Assembly (NCBI GenBank): GCA_963702435.1
Contig: CAVPCR010000004.1
Coordinates: forward strand, 256,001 to 320,000
Length of the DNA: 64,000 nucleotides
Direction of reading: 5' to 3'
Source: Candidatus Eiseniibacteriota bacterium
GTDB lineage: Bacteria; Eisenbacteria; RBG-16-71-46; CAVPCR01
Shown: positions 21,085 through 30,244 of the stretch, piece by piece
Layout of the letters: each line of letters begins with the position of its first letter
Numbering within the stretch: the stretch's first letter is position 1
Translations under genes and position numbers: made by a program
The notes under the pieces: model-generated
What the model was told of the DNA's origin: nothing
The model's database searches: none
Seen by the model: the letters and a program-made list of their open reading frames with translations, nothing else

Positions 21085-21651
21085 ATGAGCGACAAGGACC
21101 CGGCACCCGCCGATCGAGATCCCGACACGTCCTCCGCACCGCCGCCCCCGCCGCCGCCGCCCGGAGGTCCCGCGCCGGAGCCCGGAGAGCCGCTCCTCCC
21201 GCCGGACGGCTACGAGCGTTTCCGCAAGAAGCTCGCGCACGGCGCCGAGCGCCTGGCCGGACCCTGGGGCAAGGACGCCGCCGAGCTGCTCCTCTTCCTG
21301 CCGGATCTCCTCGTCCTCTTCGCCGACCTGGCGCGCGATCCGCGTGTTCCCGGGCGGTACAAGGCGATCTCGGCCGCGGTCGTCGCCTATCTCCTGTCCC
21401 CGGTCGACATCCTGCCCGAGATCCTCATGGGTCCGCTCGGCCTGGCCGATGACGTGGTGCTCGCCTTCCTCGCCCTCGACCTGATCCTGAACCGCGTGGA
21501 CCAGGCCATCGTGCGGGAGCACTGGCGAGGCGAGACCGATCTCCTCGAGCTCGCGCAGGACGGCGTCCGGCGCTCGCGGCGGATCGTGCCGGCGCCGCTC
21601 TACGATCGGCTCGTACGCTGGCTCGAGGACCGCGGCGAGCGGAAGGCGTGA
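21085..21651 (+). CDS. YkvA/DUF1232 family membrane protein
   Basis: AYLLSPVDILPE..GPLGLADD. Confidence 0.85.
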   Translation: MSDKDPAPADRDPDTSSAPPPPPPPPGGPAPEPGEPLLPPDGYERFRKKLAHGAERLAGPWGKDAAELLLFLPDLLVLFADLARDPRVPGRYKAISAAVVAYLLSPVDILPEILMGPLGLADDVVLAFLALDLILNRVDQAIVREHWRGETDLLELAQDGVRRSRRIVPAPLYDRLVRWLEDRGERKA

Positions 21652-21661
21652 GCGGCGGCTG

Positions 21662-22018
21662 ATGAAGCTCGAGCTCAAGTCCGAGGGGAAGCACGCGGTC
21701 GTCCTCGCGCTCTCCGGGACCATCGAGGGCGGGCCCGATGCCGAGGCCTTCCTCACGACCATCCGCCAGCTGATCCTGGAGGGCCGGCGCAATGTGCTCC
21801 TCGACCTGGGGGCGGTCCGGTGGATCAACTCGACCGGCCTCGGCATCCTGATCGGGGGGCTCGCCGCGCTCCGCCGGGCCGGAGGGACGATGAAGATCGT
21901 CCACCTGTCCGACCGCCTGGAAGGTCTCTTCGCCGTCACCAAGCTCAACCTGGTGTTCGAGGTCCACGCGGACGAGGTCTCCGCCCTGAAGAGCTTCCGG
22001 GGTTCGGCCGGGGAGTGA
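21662..22018 (+). CDS. STAS domain anti-sigma factor antagonist
   Basis: LLDLGAVRWINSTGLGILI. Confidence 0.9.
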   Translation: MKLELKSEGKHAVVLALSGTIEGGPDAEAFLTTIRQLILEGRRNVLLDLGAVRWINSTGLGILIGGLAALRRAGGTMKIVHLSDRLEGLFAVTKLNLVFEVHADEVSALKSFRGSAGE

Positions 22019-22447
22019 ACCTGTTGCAAATCAATAACTTGACCGAATAGCCCGGCGGCGGGGATTCCCCGGGCCGGTGTCGGCCCCGGCAGTCGTGAAG
22101 CACTCTTTTGTATAGCATCACAACGGGCGATACCCTCCTCTCCCAGCGCGGCCCCGCGATCGTCCGGTCGCCATAATTGAAAGACCTGACTTGATTTGGG
22201 GGCTCGCTTCTGCTACGATCTGGACGTGGCGTTGGAGAGCGAGCCCATGTCTCGCGGGACTCCCGCTCCGGCCACACGGCTTCGTTTCCGTGAGCAACTG
22301 AACAGCGCGATCCCTGCACAGCATCCGCCGCACGGATACGAAGCCGTTCCGGCTTCTAGTCGGCCGATAAGAAAGCAGCAGGGCGGATCCGTCCCCGCCG
22401 TTTTTCGCGGTGGGGAGCGGAAGTCTGCCGTGGATGGAGGGGTATTC

Positions 22448-23134
22448 ATGAGGGTCATCACGGTCCTAGCAACCCTCGCCTTCCTGGCGGGAGCGGTCGG
22501 CGTCTCGAGTGCCGAGCCCTACCTCCTGAATCTCTGCGGCAACAACTTCTCGATCTCCGAGGCAGCGGCCATCGGCGGCGAGCTCGAGGTTGTCGGCATG
22601 CTCTCGATGGTTCAGGACAACCCTCCGTTTTCCCTGCCCGGGGTGGTCGACTGGACCACCGAGTACACCGTGGACGTGCGGGATCTGATCCTGGCCAGTC
22701 CGCCGGGGAATTCGGTCAAGACCTACAACGGCGGAGTGGTCGAGCTGTGGGCGGACACGCCGCCCGACGCGCCGTGGACACCCACGACGCCGGTGGGCTC
22801 GATCCCCGCATACAACGCGCTCTTGGTTCCGGCGCTGATGGTGGACGGGACCCCGCTTCTCACCGGGGTCTTCACCCAGTTCGCCACGCTCTTCTTCGGC
22901 GGTCAGACGGGATCGATCAGCGCGACGATCAACTGGACCGGCGGATCGAAGTTTGGTGATCTGCAGTCGCTCGGCATCGCGAACGACTGGCACTGGAACG
23001 GCTGGTTCAACATGATCGCGCCCGTGCCTCCCGGCTACCAGCGCCTGTATGGCGGCAAGCTCGAGCACGAGACGCCGGTGGCTGTCGAGCCGGCGACGTG
23101 GGGGGAGATCAAGAACCTCCTGCGGGCCCGCTAG
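22448..23134 (+). CDS. Secreted protein with WGxIK C-terminal motif (paralogue 1)
   Basis: Signal peptide; ends VAVEPATWGEIKNLLRAR. Confidence 0.85.
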   Translation: MRVITVLATLAFLAGAVGVSSAEPYLLNLCGNNFSISEAAAIGGELEVVGMLSMVQDNPPFSLPGVVDWTTEYTVDVRDLILASPPGNSVKTYNGGVVELWADTPPDAPWTPTTPVGSIPAYNALLVPALMVDGTPLLTGVFTQFATLFFGGQTGSISATINWTGGSKFGDLQSLGIANDWHWNGWFNMIAPVPPGYQRLYGGKLEHETPVAVEPATWGEIKNLLRAR

Positions 23135-23202
23135 GCCGCAGGGCAGCGCAAGGTATCGACATCGTGATCTGGCGGCAGCAACCTGACACCGGAGGTGTCT
23201 CC

Positions 23203-23850
23203 ATGAAGCATGGCGCAGTGGCTCTCATGATCGGCCTCCTGGCCCTCGCTCCGACGGGAGCGAGTGCCTTGAGCCTCATCGACTTCACAGGTTACTCCTA
23301 CGAAAGCGGGAGCTTCCCGCCGTCCAATCCCGGCGACCTGCTCAACCTGGTCGCGAAGGTGGACGGACTCACCCAGCCGCTCGTCTGGGATCCGTTTGCC
23401 TACGAGTACACGATGCACCTGAGCGGCCTCGTGTCGCAGGGCGCCCAGCAGCCCGATCCCAACAACATCGTCGTCAGCTACACGGGCGGCGATTTCGACC
23501 TCTACGAGGACAGCTCGTACAACGCCGTCCTCGGCATCAATCCGCCGAACGCCACGGTTCCCGGGTCCTTCATGGACGGCACCCATTATCTCGGCGGCCA
23601 GTTGAACTCGTTCACCATCTTCTACAACACGCAGTTCAACTCGGGAGCCTTCGAGGCCGACGTCACCTTCGTGAACGGCGCTCATTTCGGCGACCTGGGC
23701 CCGCAGACCACCGGGTACACCTTCGGCGGCGTCTTCAGGTTCGACATCCCGCAGGGCTATGACCTGCAGTGGGACGGCCAGATCCTGCTCGATCCGGTGG
23801 CGGTCGAGGCGGTGACCTGGGGCCAGGTGAAGATGACGTTCCAGCGCTAG
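23203..23850 (+). CDS. Secreted protein with WGxVK C-terminal motif (paralogue 2)
   Basis: GGAGG RBS, signal peptide; ends VAVEAVTWGQVKMTFQR. Confidence 0.85.
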   Translation: MKHGAVALMIGLLALAPTGASALSLIDFTGYSYESGSFPPSNPGDLLNLVAKVDGLTQPLVWDPFAYEYTMHLSGLVSQGAQQPDPNNIVVSYTGGDFDLYEDSSYNAVLGINPPNATVPGSFMDGTHYLGGQLNSFTIFYNTQFNSGAFEADVTFVNGAHFGDLGPQTTGYTFGGVFRFDIPQGYDLQWDGQILLDPVAVEAVTWGQVKMTFQR

Positions 23851-23974
23851 AACGCGCGCTGTCCTGGGCCGTGAAGACATCCCAGCATTCGTAGGCCGGC
23901 GGGCGGGCCGCACCCGGACACCTTAGCCAACGCACGAGGACGCCTCAAGCGTCCGCGGCGCCGCCAGGGACAGG

Positions 23975-24694
23975 ATGAACAAGATCACGATTGCTTGCGT
24001 GCTGGCGCTACTCGCCGCCGGTTCGGTCGCCGGGGCGGCAGAAGCTGGAACCGGCGGCCCCGGATCGATCACGCAGTTCGATCACTGGGGGTTCTCGATT
24101 GCCCCCGAGCCGCAGTTCATCGGCGATGAGCTGCGGATGGTGGCCGTCCTGAGTCCGGCGACGACCTGGGTTCCGCTTCCCCTGGATTTCCGCGCCAACG
24201 AGTACACCGTGTACATGTACGGCCTATCGCTGCGCGATCGCCGGCCGAACGGTCCGCTCGTTCAGTCCACGTACAAGGGCGGGGTCGCCGAGATCTATGC
24301 GGATCCTTCCTTCAACGCCCCGTTCAGGTACGACACGGCACCCGGGCTGGTGCCGCCGCTGGATCCGGATCAGGTGCCGGCCCATTTCACCGACGGTGAA
24401 CTGGTCCTTCGCCTCGCGATCAACAGGCTGATTCTCCTCTTCTATCCCCCGGGGGGGATCGGGACGGTGGCCTACACGGACTCCGAGATCAAGGTCGCGG
24501 GCGGCTGGGGCATGGACTACCTGGCCGAGGTGAACATGCTCCTGGGCTGGCACATGGGTGGTGGATTCACCGATGAGCCGGGGACGGTGCCGCTCGGATA
24601 CGGCCTCCGCTACGACACCCTGTTCCGCTGGGAATCGCCGCAGGCCGTGGCCCCCTCGAGCTGGGGTCAGATCAAGGCGCGTTTCAGCGAGTAG
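23975..24694 (+). CDS. Secreted protein with WGxIK C-terminal motif (paralogue 3)
   Basis: Signal peptide; ends AVAPSSWGQIKARFSE. Confidence 0.85.
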   Translation: MNKITIACVLALLAAGSVAGAAEAGTGGPGSITQFDHWGFSIAPEPQFIGDELRMVAVLSPATTWVPLPLDFRANEYTVYMYGLSLRDRRPNGPLVQSTYKGGVAEIYADPSFNAPFRYDTAPGLVPPLDPDQVPAHFTDGELVLRLAINRLILLFYPPGGIGTVAYTDSEIKVAGGWGMDYLAEVNMLLGWHMGGGFTDEPGTVPLGYGLRYDTLFRWESPQAVAPSSWGQIKARFSE

Positions 24695-24760
24695 ATATCC
24701 AGAGAGCCAGATATCCAAAGAACCAGAGAACCAGAGTGCTGCCAGAGTGCTGCCAGAGCA
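24692..24760. repeat. Degenerate CCAGAG-based short tandem repeats
   Basis: agatatcca x2, aaccagag x2, ccagagtgctg x2. Confidence 0.7.
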
Positions 24761-24761
24761 C

Positions 24762-24802
24762 GCGGCCCCGGAGTTGTGAGAGCCTCCGGGGCCGCTTCGT
24801 TT
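24762..24802 (+). terminator. Intrinsic terminator-like hairpin
   Basis: 12-bp stem gcggccccggag/ctccggggccgc followed by ttcgttt. Confidence 0.65.
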
Positions 24803-24858
24803 CGAGGCTTCATTCTGCCGGATGACAGGATCCGAGCCACGCCGCGGTCACGCCGGAA

Positions 24859-26163
24859 TCAGCGCCTGTCCGCGGGTGCCGGGAGCGCGCTGAACCCGGC
24901 GACTCCCTGGCGCACGAAGATGTCGCCGTTTCCAACTCCGCGGTCCGACCAGGCCACGACCACGCGGCCGCTCGGATCGGCGGCGACGATCGGGCCGTCG
25001 AAGGGGCCGGTGCCGCCGACGCTCAGGGAGCGGGGGGGCGCCGCCGTGGGGCCGCTCTCGAGAGCGAGGCTCGTGTAGAAGACGGCGCCGCCGGGCTCAC
25101 CGGCGCCGCCGGCGGGGCTGTCGCCGGCCCCGCGCTCGACCCACACCGCGTGGAGCGTCTCCCAGGGGTCGATCGCCAGGGATGGATGCTCGGCCACCGC
25201 ACCGGGGGCCGACAGGGTGACGATCGGCTGCCAGCCGTCCCGCGTCATTTTTCGCGCCAGGACGCGACTGTCCACGCCGTCGGTCTCGCTCCATGCGACC
25301 CAGGCGCCGCTCCTCGCCGCCGCGATCGCGGGCGGGCCGGTGAACCACCCCGGGCGCTCGTTCGATGCGATGGTGGGCGGGCCCAGCGTTCCGTCCGGAG
25401 CGAGTTCCGCGCAGGCGATCACGCCGGCACGACCGTGGGTGCGTTGCCAGGCCAAGGTGAGGGCTCCGTCCCCGCCGGAGGCGACGGCGGGGCTGAAAGC
25501 GCTCTGATCGGGGCCGGTCGCCAGGGTCGTCGCGGTGCTCCAACCCGTGTTCGGGTCGAAGCGGCGGTGGCGGAGACGCGGCGCCGCGTTTTCGACCTCG
25601 GACCACACGACGTGCACGACTCCGTCGGGACCGACCGCGAGGTCGGGATCGGCCACGCTTCTCATGGGCCCGGAGACGGCGTCGGCGGTGCTGATCATGC
25701 CGGAGGCGACCCCGAAGCGAAGGCCCATGACTTGCCGGAGCCCCTCTTGCTGCTCGATCCAGACGAGATGGAGGACGCGGTCGCGGTCGAGGACGGCGGC
25801 CGGCTCGGTCGAGGGATTTCCCTCCCACAGCCAGATCGGGGTGAAGGTCGAGTCCCAGCCGGCACCGGCGAGATAACGAGAGGTCGCCATCTCGTGGGCG
25901 ATGCCCTCGGTGTGCGGCAGCACCTCGACCCAGATCGCGAAGAGCGGCCCCGCGGCGTCGAGGACGAGCGAGCGCGGGCTCACGCGCGCGAAGCGCGACT
26001 GGCCGAGCGAGTGGGACACATTCACGGGCGGCCGGAAGAAGGCGCCGCGGGCGGACTCGAGGCCCCCGCTGCCCCCTGCGTCGGGCGGGGAAGCCGCGCC
26101 GGCCAGCGTCGCGGCGAGCATGAGGAGAGCGGAAGATAGGTGACGGCTGCGGGTCGCGTTCAC
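24859..26163 (-). CDS. Secreted repeat protein, probable beta-propeller
   Basis: Signal peptide; repeated P.(L/V)A.D..G..H(L/V)VW motifs. Confidence 0.75.
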   Translation of the reverse strand: MNATRSRHLSSALLMLAATLAGAASPPDAGGSGGLESARGAFFRPPVNVSHSLGQSRFARVSPRSLVLDAAGPLFAIWVEVLPHTEGIAHEMATSRYLAGAGWDSTFTPIWLWEGNPSTEPAAVLDRDRVLHLVWIEQQEGLRQVMGLRFGVASGMISTADAVSGPMRSVADPDLAVGPDGVVHVVWSEVENAAPRLRHRRFDPNTGWSTATTLATGPDQSAFSPAVASGGDGALTLAWQRTHGRAGVIACAELAPDGTLGPPTIASNERPGWFTGPPAIAAARSGAWVAWSETDGVDSRVLARKMTRDGWQPIVTLSAPGAVAEHPSLAIDPWETLHAVWVERGAGDSPAGGAGEPGGAVFYTSLALESGPTAAPPRSLSVGGTGPFDGPIVAADPSGRVVVAWSDRGVGNGDIFVRQGVAGFSALPAPADRR

Positions 26164-26217
26164 CGCCCGACTGTAGCATGCGCGCGCGCGAGGAGCAGGC
26201 GAGGAGAGGAGCGCCGG

Positions 26218-27945
26218 TCAGGCGGCGGCGCGCGTATCCGGGCCGGCCTCTGCCGCCGGCGTTTCCTGCCGCGGGGCGGACGCGGTCGGCAGCACCCGCA
26301 GCGCCCGCATGACGGCGCCGCTCACCGGTTCACGGAGATAGAGGCCCGACTGCCGGAAGGGCAGCAAGACGAGAGCCGCGCTCGCCGTCTCCACACGGCC
26401 ATGGTCGAGGAGTCGGGCGAAGGTGTTCGGCTCGGCGCTCGCCAGCGAGCCGACGATGACCCAGCCCAGCCGCTCCGCATCCTTGCGGCTGAGCGTCAGT
26501 GCGGGCACCGTGAGTTCGCGCTCGGCGGCGCGCTCGCGATCGAGCAGCTCGGGGGCAGGCCGCTCGAGGACGAACTCGGGATGCGCCCGCGTCAGATGCA
26601 CGCCGATGTGGTTCAGGCGCTCCGCCTGCCAGGATTCGAAGGCGGGCACGTACACGGTCAGGAACTGGTCGCAGCCGTCCGGAGAGGCCGGCGCCGGCGA
26701 GATGCCGGGGAGGGGCCCGACGCCGCGCGTGATCACCTCGAGCCGCCAGAACGGCAGGTAGTGCGCTCCGGGACCGCTCGCCCGCGTGACCGCAGCGTGC
26801 ATGCGCACCTCACGCAAGGTGCCTCCCGTGACTTCCCACGCCCGGCCGCAAGAAACGCAGGCGTGCACGCTGACGTGCGGTTCGAGATGCAGGTCGTCCG
26901 CGCAGCCCGGACAGAGCCGCGGCAGGAAGAGCGCCCGCGGGGCCGCCGGCTGCTCGACGGGAGCCGCCGTCCGCCGGAGGGCGAGCAGGCGGTGTGGGGC
27001 GAGGAGCGTGCCGAGGTCGGCGGGCGCGACCGACGCGGCGCCGTCGGGCGCCGCGCTCGATGCGACGTGCGACTCCGCGCTCGATGCGAGGTGCGACTCC
27101 GCGCTCGATGTGGGGTGCGACTCCGCGCTCGATGTGAGGTCTGGCGCCGGGTTCGGTGCCGGGCTCGCCTCCGGGCCGGCCAGTGCGCTCGCGGTGGCGA
27201 TATCGCGATGCGCCACGACCTCGCCGAGCACGCCGTCCACGATCACCTCGGCCGCCTCGTCGCGGAAGCTGTAGTCGAGGCTGAAGAACGGGAGATAGAC
27301 CAGGAGGAGCTCCTCGCCGACCAGCGAGAGCCGCCGCCGGACCACCGGCGTGCCGCGCGGCACCGAGCGTCCCTCGACCTCGGCGAGCGCGAAGGCGCGG
27401 GCGAGTTCGGGGTCCACGGTGACGGGCTCGAGGTGCGCGCCGCTCGTCACCTGTGCCGAGAACGGATACGCGGTGACGACCCCCGGGCGTGGCGGCAGAT
27501 CATCGGGCCGGAGCGACCTGGTCGCCGCCGGTATGAGGAGATCGAAGCTCTGCACGCGGAGGTCGCGGAACTCCTCGCCGGAGGTGCCCGGCGGCGCGTG
27601 GCGTAGCCCGGCAATCCACTGGAAGGACTTGGCGCGGTAGCGCCAGTACGGGAGGAGGAGCCAGCGGCCGTCGCCCACCTGAGTGGCGCGATGGGCGCCG
27701 CTCCGTAGGAAGCTGCGGGCCTGGCGCCGCGCCTCGATGGCGTCGATCTGCGGTGCGATCACCGCCGCGAACGGGTAGGCACGCGGGGCGAGGAGGTAGT
27801 GCTCGTGGCAATCCGCGCAGGAGGTGGCCTCCGCGCCTTCCTCGATCGCAACCCAGGCCTGGCACACGGGACAGCTCACGATCAGCCTGAGATCGAGCCC
27901 GGTGCGCGTGCCGGCCGGGAGCCGCTCTTCTCGCCGGATCCTCAT
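26218..27945 (-). CDS. Hypothetical protein with two zinc ribbons and internally duplicated module
   Basis: CPVC..CADC and CPGC..CVSC, each followed by LP(Y/F)WR...LV(Y/L)LPF; start uncertain. Confidence 0.7.
   Translation of the reverse strand: MRIRREERLPAGTRTGLDLRLIVSCPVCQAWVAIEEGAEATSCADCHEHYLLAPRAYPFAAVIAPQIDAIEARRQARSFLRSGAHRATQVGDGRWLLLPYWRYRAKSFQWIAGLRHAPPGTSGEEFRDLRVQSFDLLIPAATRSLRPDDLPPRPGVVTAYPFSAQVTSGAHLEPVTVDPELARAFALAEVEGRSVPRGTPVVRRRLSLVGEELLLVYLPFFSLDYSFRDEAAEVIVDGVLGEVVAHRDIATASALAGPEASPAPNPAPDLTSSAESHPTSSAESHLASSAESHVASSAAPDGAASVAPADLGTLLAPHRLLALRRTAAPVEQPAAPRALFLPRLCPGCADDLHLEPHVSVHACVSCGRAWEVTGGTLREVRMHAAVTRASGPGAHYLPFWRLEVITRGVGPLPGISPAPASPDGCDQFLTVYVPAFESWQAERLNHIGVHLTRAHPEFVLERPAPELLDRERAAERELTVPALTLSRKDAERLGWVIVGSLASAEPNTFARLLDHGRVETASAALVLLPFRQSGLYLREPVSGAVMRALRVLPTASAPRQETPAAEAGPDTRAAA
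27051..27140. repeat. 24-bp coding tandem repeat (~3.7 copies; SSAESH units)
   Basis: ccgcgctcgatg...gtgcgact units. Confidence 0.85.
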
Positions 27946-28110
27946 GTTTGACTCATCGGCCGGTCGGCGGTCCTCCTTTATGCTGAGGACCGGAGCTCGG
28001 CCCCCACCGGCGGCGGCTGCCCGCGGCGGCCCCGCGTCCCGCGGCAGCCGGAAAACCGGGTAACCGCAAGCGCCAGGCCGCGTTTGACCGCCCGGAGGGG
28101 GTTCCGTACG

Positions 28111-29511
28111 ATGACACCCATGGAAGAAGCGGGCCTCGCACCTGGGGCGGAGCGGGCGACCGTTCTCGTGGCCACGGGCCGGGACAAGGCCGAGGAGCGC
28201 CGGCTCGTCGAGTTCCTGACCGACCAGGACTACGAGATCGTGACCGCCGCCGACGGCGAGGCCGCGCTCAATGCGCTCGACTCGACCCGCATCGATGCGG
28301 TGATCGCCGATGCCCGCGTCCATCGCATCGACGGGCTCAATCTCCTCGACCGCGTGCGGCGCCGGGACCCCGCGATCTGCTTCATCCTCATCTCCGAGAA
28401 GGCCGACGTCGATCTCGCGACCGAGGCTCTCCGGCGGGGCGCCCACGACTTCCAGGTCACGCCGCTCGATCACGATCGCCTCCTCGCCGTGCTCGAGCGC
28501 GGCATCTCGCTCTCGCGGCTCCGCCAGCGGGTCACGCGACTAGAGACGCGGCTCGAGCGCAAGTACGGCTTCCAGAACCTGACCGGCAACTCGGGGGCGA
28601 TGGCGGCGGTCTTCGACAAGATCCAGCAGATCGCGCCGACCCGGGCCACCGTGCTCATCACCGGCGAGACAGGCACCGGGAAGGAACTGGTTGCCTCCGC
28701 GCTCCACCACAACAGCCCGCGTCGCGACGAGCCCTTCGTCAAGCTCAACTGCGCCGCCCTTGCCGAGGGCGTGATCGAGTCGGAGCTGTTCGGGCACGAA
28801 GCCGGTGCATTCACGAGCGCGATGCGCACGCGCAAGGGCCGCTTCGAGATCGCCGACGGCGGCACGCTGTTCCTCGACGAGATCACCGAGATCACGCCGC
28901 CCATCCAGGCCAAGCTCCTGCGGGTGCTCCAGGAGCGCGAGTTCGAGCGGGTGGGCGGGACGCAGACCTTCCGCGTGGACGTGCGGCTCATCGCCGCCAC
29001 CAACAGGAACCTCGAGGCCGAGGTGCGGAGCGGCCGGTTCCGCGAGGATCTGTACTATCGCCTGAACGTGGTCACCATCAACCTGCCGCCGCTCCGCGAC
29101 CGCCGCGAGGACATCCCGCTCCTCGTCGAGTCCTTCATGCGCGAGCTCAACGAGGAGCACGGGAAGCGCGTGCGCGGGGTCAGCAAGGGGGCGATGGATC
29201 TCCTCCGGCGCTACACCTGGCCGGGGAACGTGCGCGAGCTCAAGAACGCGATCGAGGGGATGGTGCTCTTCGCGCCGCCTGGACATCTCCTCGGGGTGGA
29301 CGATCTGCCCGAGTTCCTGCGCGGGCCGGAGGCGGCCGATCCGGGCGAGGTGGTGCCGGTGCGGGTGGGGATGACGCTCGAGGAGGCCGAGCGGCGGCTG
29401 CTCGCCGCCACCTATCGCGCGGCCGGCGGCAACAAGCGGCGGGCCGCGGTCACGCTCGGCATCGGGCTCAGGACTCTCTACCGGAAACTCAAGGAGTACG
29501 ATCTCGAGTGA
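28111..29511 (+). CDS. Sigma54-dependent response regulator (NtrC family)
   Basis: Receiver domain, GETGTGKE, ESELFGHEAGAFTSA, WPGNVREL, Fis-type HTH. Confidence 0.95.
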   Translation: MTPMEEAGLAPGAERATVLVATGRDKAEERRLVEFLTDQDYEIVTAADGEAALNALDSTRIDAVIADARVHRIDGLNLLDRVRRRDPAICFILISEKADVDLATEALRRGAHDFQVTPLDHDRLLAVLERGISLSRLRQRVTRLETRLERKYGFQNLTGNSGAMAAVFDKIQQIAPTRATVLITGETGTGKELVASALHHNSPRRDEPFVKLNCAALAEGVIESELFGHEAGAFTSAMRTRKGRFEIADGGTLFLDEITEITPPIQAKLLRVLQEREFERVGGTQTFRVDVRLIAATNRNLEAEVRSGRFREDLYYRLNVVTINLPPLRDRREDIPLLVESFMRELNEEHGKRVRGVSKGAMDLLRRYTWPGNVRELKNAIEGMVLFAPPGHLLGVDDLPEFLRGPEAADPGEVVPVRVGMTLEEAERRLLAATYRAAGGNKRRAAVTLGIGLRTLYRKLKEYDLE

Positions 29512-29562
29512 AGGCGGCTCGCGCCGCGGGGAGGCGGGGCCGCCCGCGACAAGGAGGACGGC

Positions 29563-30024
29563 ATGGCGAAGGGACGCGTCATCGTCGGCGCCGATCATCG
29601 CGGCGTAGAGCTCAAGGCGAAGATCGTGCCGTGGCTGCGCGATCTGGGCTACGAGGTCGAGGACATCGGCACCGGCACGGTCGAGCCGCCGGTGGACTAC
29701 CCGCTCTACGCCTTCCGGGTCGGCGAGGCGGTGGCGAGCGGACGGGCTGAGCGCGGCATCCTGATCTGCCACTCGGGAAACGGCATCGCCATCGCTGCCA
29801 ACAAGGTGCCGGGCGTGCGCGCCGCGATCTGCATGAACGTCGAGCACGCGGCGATGTCGCGCCGGCACAACGACGCGAACGTGCTCGTGCTCGGCGCGGA
29901 CTACATGGCCCCCGGGAGCGAGCAGGCGATCGTCGAGACCTGGCTCACGAGCCCGTTCGACGGCGGGCGCCACGCGCGGCGCGTGGACCAGATCGCCGAC
30001 TACGAGGCGAAGCACGCCCGGTAG
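29563..30024 (+). CDS. rpiB: Ribose-5-phosphate isomerase B
   Basis: GADHRG, VDYP, ICHSGNG, ANKVPGVRAA, HNDANVL, GGRHARRV. Confidence 0.95.
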   Translation: MAKGRVIVGADHRGVELKAKIVPWLRDLGYEVEDIGTGTVEPPVDYPLYAFRVGEAVASGRAERGILICHSGNGIAIAANKVPGVRAAICMNVEHAAMSRRHNDANVLVLGADYMAPGSEQAIVETWLTSPFDGGRHARRVDQIADYEAKHAR

Positions 30025-30244
30025 GCGCGCGCGGCGGAGGCGGGCGGCGGAGGCGGGCGGCGGATGCGCGCGCTCTCTGGGAGTTTCGCCGCGGGCGGGC
30101 TCCGCGGCTGCCCTCTCCGGCTCAAACACTCGCCGGCCGGCTGCTGCTCGGCACAGAACGCGCCTGGGCGCCGGCCGGCGAAACTCGCCGGGCGAGGGCA
30201 GCCTGCGTCGCCCGCCCGCGCCGGCAGGTTCCTGACGCGAGCCG

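Noticed and set aside
24692..24760. Repeat cluster as a possible CRISPR array
   Set aside because: Units are about 8-11 bp with no unique spacers and no cas genes nearby.
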